The notes under the pieces: generated by a model | Seen by the model: the letters and a program-made list of their open reading frames with translations, nothing else | Database searches by the model: none | Told to the model about the DNA's origin: nothing | In this document: in pieces, positions 16,211 to 23,417 of the stretch | Numbering within the stretch: position 1 is the stretch's first letter | Layout of the letters: each line of letters begins with the position of its first letter | Made by a program: the position numbers and the translations under genes | Virus record (IMG/VR): IMGVR_UViG_3300037424_001953 | Location: 1-26,620 of that record | Source: a virus | Taxonomy: Duplodnaviria > Caudoviricetes | Reading direction: 5' to 3' (one strand) | DNA length: 26,620 nt

Positions 16211-17089
16211 ATGGAAAACTCTGCAATACTAAATAAACTATCATCCTATCAAAATCCAGAAGGAAAGTTGCAAGATAAACTTGCACCTAGAACTGATTTG
16301 AGGTTATCTATGATAACTCCAAGATGGTTCTACCACAAAACTGTGCTTGATATTGGTTGCAATAATGGATACTTCACTCGTTTAGCCAAGAAACATGGGG
16401 CTTATAGGGCTGTGGGAGTGGATAAATCAGATTGTATTGAAGGGGCTAGAGAATTGGCAAAAGAGGAAAATGTGGGTGCAGAGTTTTGGCAAGTTGATGT
16501 AGAGAGTCCAGAGTTTCAAAGATTTTGTCCTCGTTTTGATGTGGTTATCTTATTTTCTTGTCTTACCAAACTCAAAGATAAAGAAAAGTTTTTGGATTGG
16601 CTTGATGGCAGAGTAAAGTATATGGTTCTTTTTGAAAGTAATCACGGAGAAGCAAATAAAGAACATATTGAACTTCTTAAGAAGCATATGTATTTTGAGT
16701 CAGTGGATTTTCTTGGTAAATCAGAGATTGACTCTAAACCTCACTATATGTGGATTTGCCGTAAAGCTAGTCATGAAGTAAGGTATCCACTACTTGATAA
16801 TGCACCGATTCAGTTTCTTGCTTTGGATGAAATTACTGGTTGGACAGAAGATAAAATAATGGAGCAAAAGACTAGTTACCCATTAGATAGTCCTATTCAG
16901 AAAGAGTTAGAAGAAGATATAAAAAAGAGAGGTATAAGAGACCCACTGATAATTCAACACTACAAGGGTAAGTATATTGGGTTCAATGGCATTCATAGGT
17001 ATTTTGCCGCCAAGCATTTGGGTTATAAATATGTTCCATGTAAAGTTATTTATGATAGTTTTAAGCATTTAAAACAAGAAGATGAATGA
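16211..17089 (+). CDS. SAM-dependent methyltransferase fused to a C-terminal ParB/Srx-like domain
   Basis: VLDIGCNNGYF; C-terminal LEEDIKKRGIRDPLII...NGIHRYFAAKHLG...VPC. Confidence 0.85.
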   Translation: MENSAILNKLSSYQNPEGKLQDKLAPRTDLRLSMITPRWFYHKTVLDIGCNNGYFTRLAKKHGAYRAVGVDKSDCIEGARELAKEENVGAEFWQVDVESPEFQRFCPRFDVVILFSCLTKLKDKEKFLDWLDGRVKYMVLFESNHGEANKEHIELLKKHMYFESVDFLGKSEIDSKPHYMWICRKASHEVRYPLLDNAPIQFLALDEITGWTEDKIMEQKTSYPLDSPIQKELEEDIKKRGIRDPLIIQHYKGKYIGFNGIHRYFAAKHLGYKYVPCKVIYDSFKHLKQEDE

Positions 17090-17849
17090 TAATGTATCGG
17101 TTTGCATTTCCGCTTATGACCACCACGACATAACTGCCGTGCATGTCAGAGAAGCTATGAATGTATCAAAAATGCCTCTGGAGATTATTGTGGTTAATGA
17201 TGGAGGTACTCCTGACCTCAAGGAAAAACTTGAAGCTATACCAGATAAAAAGTGTCCTCTGATTTATGCCCGTATCAGAGAAGACATACCTTGGAATTAT
17301 ATTGGAGCAGTTAATCTTGCCACCTTTATTTCCAGAGGAGATTACTTGGCTTTTGAGGACAATGATAATATTCCCTCTTATGACTTTTATGAAAAAGCAG
17401 TTGAAATATTTAAAACCCAACCAGAAGTGGGCAGGATACTTGGCAGACAGAGAAAGTGTATTGATAAGAAAGAAGTTCTTTCTGGCAAACCAAAGGAAGA
17501 ATGGGAAGTGGTAAGGACATGGCATCCAAATCAGGGAACAGCTGTAATGAGGAGAGATATTGTGGTGGCTCTGAAAGGTCAGTGTGAACAATTTTGTGGT
17601 CGATATGGTTGGATGTATTATAATTTGAGGAGATTGCTACTCAATAATGTCAAGACTAAGTTTTCATCCACTGATTTTTATTATTATGTTGACCATATGA
17701 TTGATGGGGGGGCACAAAGTAAATTGCCTAGAAATTCTGACAGGAAAAATCTCAGTGTTCACAGAGAACATATGAGGATGCCCAAAGACCAACTCCATCT
17801 ACCTTATGGAATATTAAATTTTGTATATGACTACTACAGACTTAACTAG
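17082..17849 (+). CDS. Glycosyltransferase family 2
   Basis: VSVCISAY, EIIVVNDGGT, GDYLAFEDND (DxD). Confidence 0.88.
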   Translation: MNDNVSVCISAYDHHDITAVHVREAMNVSKMPLEIIVVNDGGTPDLKEKLEAIPDKKCPLIYARIREDIPWNYIGAVNLATFISRGDYLAFEDNDNIPSYDFYEKAVEIFKTQPEVGRILGRQRKCIDKKEVLSGKPKEEWEVVRTWHPNQGTAVMRRDIVVALKGQCEQFCGRYGWMYYNLRRLLLNNVKTKFSSTDFYYYVDHMIDGGAQSKLPRNSDRKNLSVHREHMRMPKDQLHLPYGILNFVYDYYRLN

Positions 17850-18576
17850 ACACTACGTCTCAATAATAATCTCGCATTATAGCCTAGTGGATGATTTTGG
17901 CGAGGTTAAATCTTTTGGTCAGGAAAGTCGTTCTACTATGCTTAAAAAAACAATAGATTCCCTTGCCCAGAATACAAACTATCCTGTTGAGATTATTGTA
18001 GTGGATAATGGTGGTAATCCAGATGACTCTGACTATCTAATTGATATGACTAGAAAAGGAGTCATAAATACTTATGTTAGAAACAAGAATAATATGTATT
18101 TTGGGTGGGCTTGGAATCAAGGTGCAAAGTTGGCTACTGGAGATTACCTATGTTTCACCTGTAACGATATGGAGTTTAAGAAAGATTGGCTTGCTACTAC
18201 TATTGCACCTCTTTTAAAATATCCTGAAAAGAAATTGATTGCTACTCCTATAATTACTCCAGATAAAGACAGGGGAAAATACATGAGAGGCACTCTTGAT
18301 GAGTATAGACTTAATGCAATGGCTGGCTCTAACTGTATGCTGATGAGTAGAGATACACGTGAAACTCTTGGTGATTTATCAACTAATAGGGTAGCCAGTT
18401 ATCTCTGGTATGCCAAAATGAAAGCATTGGGCATATTTATGGTTGCACCACCAGAGAATATGGCAGACCATTTGGCTCATAAAGGGGGTGTCAATTTCAA
18501 TGCAGATATTAAGGTCGTCAAAGAATTATTAAACAAAGAAGTAGTAGACTACTCATCATCAACATGGAGAAATTAA
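17827..18576 (+). CDS. Glycosyltransferase family 2
   Basis: VSIIISHY, EIIVVDNGG, WNQGAKLATGDYLCFTCND; likely start ATG 17827. Confidence 0.88.
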   Translation: MTTTDLTRHYVSIIISHYSLVDDFGEVKSFGQESRSTMLKKTIDSLAQNTNYPVEIIVVDNGGNPDDSDYLIDMTRKGVINTYVRNKNNMYFGWAWNQGAKLATGDYLCFTCNDMEFKKDWLATTIAPLLKYPEKKLIATPIITPDKDRGKYMRGTLDEYRLNAMAGSNCMLMSRDTRETLGDLSTNRVASYLWYAKMKALGIFMVAPPENMADHLAHKGGVNFNADIKVVKELLNKEVVDYSSSTWRN

Positions 18577-19424
18577 CAGACAAAAATTTAACATTCAAGT
18601 TTTTTAACTCTAAGTGGTTTAGAGTGCCTGATTGGGCTGAGAAGACTGAGAAAATATATCGTCAATGGTATTTGGATAGATATGGATATAAGAACGAAGA
18701 AAGTCTTAGAGAGTTTTTAAAGGACAAGAAAAGTATTCTTGATGCTGGCTGTGGTTTGGGAAGGGACTCAAAATTCTTTGCAGAGTTAAACCCTAACGCA
18801 GATATATTGTCAATAGACCAAAGTCTGTATGCTATTGAAATTGCAGAGGAAACTTTGAAGGATTATCCAAATTGCATTGTGATGAGGGGAGATATTACAG
18901 AATTAAATTTAGTGGAAACTTTTGACTTTATTTCCTGCGACCAAGTAATTCATCATACTCCAAATCCTAATCAGACACTTAAAACACTTATGAAACACTT
19001 GAAACCTAAAGGGGTGATTAACTTTTCGGTTTGTAAAAAGAAGAATAAATATAGGGAGTTTGTAGATGATGTCTTGATGAGTTATGCCAGAGACATGACT
19101 CCTGATGAACTCTGGAAATTCTCTCATACCATCACTCAGTTTGGGAAAGAGTTATACGACTTAAAGAAAGGTGTTGTCAAGTTTGAGGGTGAGGAGTATG
19201 AGAGCATTCAAAGATTTATTCATGATAATGTGTTCCGTTGTTGGTATAACCCAGATGTGGACTTTAACCTGTCAGTGTCATCGAACTATGACTGGTTTTC
19301 AAGCAATCCACGTTTTAGTGCAGAGGAAGTAAAAGACGAAATCTTAAAAGACATTCCTCTCTCTAAAATATTAGTCTTTAATGAAGATAAAGCGACCATT
19401 TCAGTGTCGCTACAATTATTATGA
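18564..19424 (+). CDS. Class I SAM-dependent methyltransferase
   Basis: ILDAGCGLGR, FDFISCDQVIHHTP, LKPKG. Confidence 0.9.
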   Translation: MEKLTDKNLTFKFFNSKWFRVPDWAEKTEKIYRQWYLDRYGYKNEESLREFLKDKKSILDAGCGLGRDSKFFAELNPNADILSIDQSLYAIEIAEETLKDYPNCIVMRGDITELNLVETFDFISCDQVIHHTPNPNQTLKTLMKHLKPKGVINFSVCKKKNKYREFVDDVLMSYARDMTPDELWKFSHTITQFGKELYDLKKGVVKFEGEEYESIQRFIHDNVFRCWYNPDVDFNLSVSSNYDWFSSNPRFSAEEVKDEILKDIPLSKILVFNEDKATISVSLQLL

Positions 19425-20296
19425 AAAAGGTCATGATTTCAGGCGTTAGTGGCTTTCTGTCTCATCATTTAATCCCAGAATGTCAGAAAAGAGGTTGTTA
19501 TGTGATTGGGGTGGATAAAAGACCAATTCCTAAAGGACACGCCAGGCCAGATTTATTTATCTTAACAGATGTTCGAGACCTTGGTTTCAGAGACATGATG
19601 GGAATTGATTATGTCTTTCATTTGGCTTGGAGAACAAATATCCCTGATTGTCAGAGACACCCGCTTGAATCTACTTATGACAATATAGATATGACTATTC
19701 ACATGATGGAAATATCAAAAGAAGCGTCTATAAAGAAATTCTTTTTCCCTTCAACCGCCTCATTGTATGCCCATAATCCAACTCCTTGGACTGAGGATAT
19801 GCAAGGAGACCCCATTGAACCTTATTCTTGGCAAAAATTATCTTTGGAGTATGCCTGTAAGATGTATTCTAAACAGGGATTGCCGTGTGTTATTACCAGA
19901 TACTTCCAAATCTTTGGAGAGTTTCAAAGAGATGATACGGCTCTAGCCGCCTTTATGAAAGCTAAGAAAGAAGGTAGACCGATTACTTTGACTAAAACTC
20001 ATGCTCAATCTTCTTTCAAGTCAGGACAGAGGGACTTCATTTATGCTGGGGACTTGGCAGAAGCTACGGTTATGTTGGTTGATTCTGATAAAACTGGCAA
20101 AGGTGAGATATTTAATATTGCTTCTGGTGAATGTCATACTATGGAAGAAGTGGCAAATACTATTGGTGCAGAAGTAATTTGGATTCCAAGGAGGGAATGG
20201 GAAGTTGAGCGACATCATGGGGATATTGGCAAGATTAAAGAGTTTGGTTGGAAACCACATACAGATGTTTTGGATTGGTTAAAAGAAAACACATGA
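19421..20296 (+). CDS. NAD-dependent nucleotide-sugar epimerase/dehydratase (extended SDR)
   Basis: ISGVSGFLS, VFHLA, PSTASLY, YSWQK (YxxxK), QRDFIY. Confidence 0.9.
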   Translation: MKKVMISGVSGFLSHHLIPECQKRGCYVIGVDKRPIPKGHARPDLFILTDVRDLGFRDMMGIDYVFHLAWRTNIPDCQRHPLESTYDNIDMTIHMMEISKEASIKKFFFPSTASLYAHNPTPWTEDMQGDPIEPYSWQKLSLEYACKMYSKQGLPCVITRYFQIFGEFQRDDTALAAFMKAKKEGRPITLTKTHAQSSFKSGQRDFIYAGDLAEATVMLVDSDKTGKGEIFNIASGECHTMEEVANTIGAEVIWIPRREWEVERHHGDIGKIKEFGWKPHTDVLDWLKENT

Positions 20297-20811
20297 GGTA
20301 TTCCACTTTCTTAGGCAAAAGAATGGCACAAACAGAGAGGGCAATTACTCTCTGGGAAAAAGTATTATTTAGAGTTCCATTTAGCAGAATTATTGAAATT
20401 GGCACTTTTCATGGCGGTTTTTCTACATATCTTCTTTTGGTGGTTCTAAGTCATGGCAAAGAGTTTTATACCTTTGATATTTGCAACTGGAGAGACTATG
20501 ACCATAGTCCAAGAATTAAAAATATACTTGATTTGGATAGCCATTTTTATCAGAAAGATGTTTTTGAAAATGTTGAATTTGTATCCAATTTTATAAAAAA
20601 AAGAGGTATCACCATTCTTTTTTGTGATGGCGGAAATAAAGAGAAGGAATTTAACACCTTCGTTCCTATTATTAAAAAGGGGGATATTATTGCTGTCCAT
20701 GATTGGAAGACTGAGGTTCTTCCAGAACATTTGAATCTTGATGGAATGGAAGAATTTAAACCGCTTGAATGCGATAAAGAAGAGATGACAAGATTTTTCA
20801 AAAAATTATGA
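20293..20811 (+). CDS. CmcI/Methyltransf_24-like O-methyltransferase
   Basis: IIEIGTFHGG, ILFCDGG, GDIIAVHD; ATGA overlap at 20293. Confidence 0.75.
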   Translation: MRYSTFLGKRMAQTERAITLWEKVLFRVPFSRIIEIGTFHGGFSTYLLLVVLSHGKEFYTFDICNWRDYDHSPRIKNILDLDSHFYQKDVFENVEFVSNFIKKRGITILFCDGGNKEKEFNTFVPIIKKGDIIAVHDWKTEVLPEHLNLDGMEEFKPLECDKEEMTRFFKKL

Positions 20812-21491
20812 TTGATTGCACTATAAATATGATGGTTAGAAATGGAGAGGATTGTATAAGGCAGTCTCTTGAGTCTGTATTACCTTATGTTAAAAAAGCT
20901 ATCGTAGTGTTAGATAGCAGGAGTACTGATAAAACAAAAGAAATCGTAGAAGGTTTGATGGATAAGTATCTACATTTAGAGTTTTTAACTTATCAAGTTA
21001 AAGAACCCTATACTGAATTGGTAGAGATAAGAAATTTGATGCTTTACAAAACAGATACCAAGTTCGGTTGGATAGTTGATTCAGATGAAATTTATCCAAA
21101 AGAAGTAGTGGAAGGAGTGGCTAAAACTCTCTCAAGACAAAATGGTGTCTTGGCTTATGGCTTCACTTCTTGGGGAGTATGGAATGGAGATAAAGCTCAT
21201 GCCCAGTCCTCTAAAAGACCGACCATGAGAATTTACAGAAATTTCAAGGGTTTGAAATGGGAGGGAACATTTGGCAAAGAGAAACTTAAACTTGGGGATA
21301 TTGACCTTTGTTATGACTATATTGGTTTGCCTTTTAAATATATACATTTGACCCACCTCAAATCCGATGACTGGAGAAAAGAAATGGGATTTGTAAGAGT
21401 GGCTGATGGTAGGGCACTCGTCGAATTGCCTGAAAATATTAAAATAATAGTTAAAGATTATGTCAAAGAAAGAATGTCGAATGTGCAATAA
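20808..21491 (+). CDS. Glycosyltransferase family 2
   Basis: MMVRNGEDCIRQSLES, VVLDSRSTDKT, WIVDSDE (DxD). Confidence 0.88.
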   Translation: MIDCTINMMVRNGEDCIRQSLESVLPYVKKAIVVLDSRSTDKTKEIVEGLMDKYLHLEFLTYQVKEPYTELVEIRNLMLYKTDTKFGWIVDSDEIYPKEVVEGVAKTLSRQNGVLAYGFTSWGVWNGDKAHAQSSKRPTMRIYRNFKGLKWEGTFGKEKLKLGDIDLCYDYIGLPFKYIHLTHLKSDDWRKEMGFVRVADGRALVELPENIKIIVKDYVKERMSNVQ

Positions 21492-22686
21492 TGATACATT
21501 TGATGATGTTATTGATTTTGGTGGTACACCACTAGTCAATAGTTTGGTTGAAGAAAAAGATTTGGACAAGACAGAAACTGTCTTTCCGCTTGAAGTAGTC
21601 AGATGTAAGAAATGTTCTCTAGTGCAGACCAAGAAACCCATAGATTCTCATGAAATATACGAAGCACAGGATTACCTCTATTTTACTGGGGATATGCCCC
21701 AGAATAGCCAGTATATGCTCTCCTTTAATTCTTTAGTAGAAGAAATTGAGAAATACTCAGATATAGGAGATTTGGTGGTTGAGATAGGTTCAAATGATGG
21801 AACTATACTTGGAAAAGTTAAGAACCGCAGAGTATTGGGTGTTGACCCAGCTACCAATGTAGTTATCAGAGCATTGAAAACTATGCCTACTCTTTCCGCT
21901 CCATTTAATGAACAGAATGCCAAGAATATACTTAAAGAATGGGGTGAAGCACAAGTAGTAGGCGGTGCAAATTGCATAGCCCATATTGACGATTTGGATA
22001 GTGTAATGAAGGGGGTAAATGCTCTACTAGCCCCAAATGGAGTATTTTGGGTGGAATGCAATTATTGGGGTGGCATGGTAAAGAACTCGCATTATGCCCT
22101 TATTTACCATGACCATTTTTCTTACTTCACTCTTGAAAATTGGGTGAATTATACTAAGAAATTTAGTTTGAATATCTTTGATGCTTATATCACAGAAGCA
22201 CAAGGAGAGGGTCTTTCACTCCGTATTCTTATGGATAGGGGGAGTAGAGAACAAACTCAAAGAATGAAAGATTTACTTCAAGAAGAAGTGGAAACTGAAT
22301 TAAATTCAGCTAAAACTTGCAAGAAATACAATAAGGCAGTTCAGGAAAAAGCGTTGAAATTAAAGGGGTTAATTGTGGATTTAAAGAAACAAGGCAAGAA
22401 AATTGCTGGATATGGTGCGGCTGCTAAAGGTTTCTCTATACTTCACTTAGCCAAAATAACTAATGAACTGGATTACTTCGTAGATGATAGTCCAGCAAAA
22501 CAAGGAAAATACACTCCTGTAAACCATATCCCCATTGTTTCAAGAATAGAGGCGGAACTTATGAGATTACCTGATTATTGGTTTATAACTGCACCTAATT
22601 ATCAATCTGTTATCGTGGCTAAAGAACAGGAGTTTTTGAAGAACGGGGGAAAATTTATATTTGAAACTGGGGAAATTCTTGGTTAA
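21460..22686 (+). CDS. NDP-sugar C-methyltransferase (EryBIII/TylCIII/NovU-like)
   Basis: Zn site CRMC...CKKC, EIGSNDG, YHDHFSYF, GYGAAAKG, VDDSPAKQGKYTP. Confidence 0.9.
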   Translation: MSKKECRMCNNDTFDDVIDFGGTPLVNSLVEEKDLDKTETVFPLEVVRCKKCSLVQTKKPIDSHEIYEAQDYLYFTGDMPQNSQYMLSFNSLVEEIEKYSDIGDLVVEIGSNDGTILGKVKNRRVLGVDPATNVVIRALKTMPTLSAPFNEQNAKNILKEWGEAQVVGGANCIAHIDDLDSVMKGVNALLAPNGVFWVECNYWGGMVKNSHYALIYHDHFSYFTLENWVNYTKKFSLNIFDAYITEAQGEGLSLRILMDRGSREQTQRMKDLLQEEVETELNSAKTCKKYNKAVQEKALKLKGLIVDLKKQGKKIAGYGAAAKGFSILHLAKITNELDYFVDDSPAKQGKYTPVNHIPIVSRIEAELMRLPDYWFITAPNYQSVIVAKEQEFLKNGGKFIFETGEILG

Positions 22687-22689
22687 ATG

Positions 22690-22698
22690 TGTTATAAT
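22690..22698 (+). promoter_or_regulatory. Extended -10 promoter, leaderless HNH transcript
   Basis: TGtTATAAT, 7 nt before ATG 22706. Confidence 0.55.
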
Positions 22699-22705
22699 GT
22701 TGTAG

Positions 22706-23356
22706 ATGTCAACGGGAGTCTATAAAAGGAAACCATTTACAGAAGAACACCGAAGAAATATGAGTAAAAATCATTCTCGTTTTTGGCTTGGTAAAAAACA
22801 ATCAAAAGAACATAAGGAAAAAATAAGTAAATCTTTGATTGGTAATACTAGAAGTCTAGGGAATAAACAATCTCAAGAAACTATATTAAAAAGTAGGGTA
22901 GGAAGAAAGAAGAATGGTTGGTATAAAAATAGAGATTTAACGATAGAAAAACATAGAAAATCTAAAATTGGTAAGAAAAGAAAGCCTTTTTCTAAGGAAT
23001 GGAGAAGAAAACTTGGTGATACTCAAAGAGGTGAGAAAAGTCGGTTTTGGAAAGGTGGAATAACTCCTCAAAATAAACTATTAAGGCAGTCCATAGACCT
23101 TAAAGATTGGCGTAATAAGATTTTTAAACGAGATAACTATACTTGTATGATTTGTCTGAAAAGGGGCGTCTATTTAGAAGCCCACCATATAAAAACTTGG
23201 TCAAAATATCCAGAATTAAGATTTGAAATTGGTAATGGAGTTACTCTATGTAAGATTTGTCATAATAAGACCAAATGGAAGGAGGAACTTTATGAACAAA
23301 ACTTCCTAAAGAATGGCGGTAAATTCATCTTGGAAAGTGGAGAGATAGTCGGCTGA
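22706..23356 (+). CDS. NUMOD3-repeat HNH homing endonuclease
   Basis: Repeats such as GKKQSKEHKEKISKSLIG; FWKGG; RDNYTCMIC...LEAHHIK...GNGVTLCKICH. Confidence 0.9.
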   Translation: MSTGVYKRKPFTEEHRRNMSKNHSRFWLGKKQSKEHKEKISKSLIGNTRSLGNKQSQETILKSRVGRKKNGWYKNRDLTIEKHRKSKIGKKRKPFSKEWRRKLGDTQRGEKSRFWKGGITPQNKLLRQSIDLKDWRNKIFKRDNYTCMICLKRGVYLEAHHIKTWSKYPELRFEIGNGVTLCKICHNKTKWKEELYEQNFLKNGGKFILESGEIVG

Positions 23357-23417
23357 TTTCTAAAATTGACAGAGAGTGATATAATTAGTGTCATTAGACA
23401 TACTATTTTTGATATGA

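Larger units (their letters stand above)
22624..23356 (+). repeat. Diverged 63-bp duplication of the C-methyltransferase 3' end (22624-22686 and 23294-23356)
   Basis: EQEFLKNGGKFIFETGEILG* versus EQNFLKNGGKFILESGEIVG*. Confidence 0.9.

Noticed and set aside
16880-17060. ParABS partition system
   Set aside because: The ParB-like domain has no HTH, is fused to a methyltransferase, and no ParA is present.
22624-23356. Diversity-generating retroelement TR/VR pair
   Set aside because: Mismatches are mostly synonymous third positions and not adenine-specific; no reverse transcriptase in the window.
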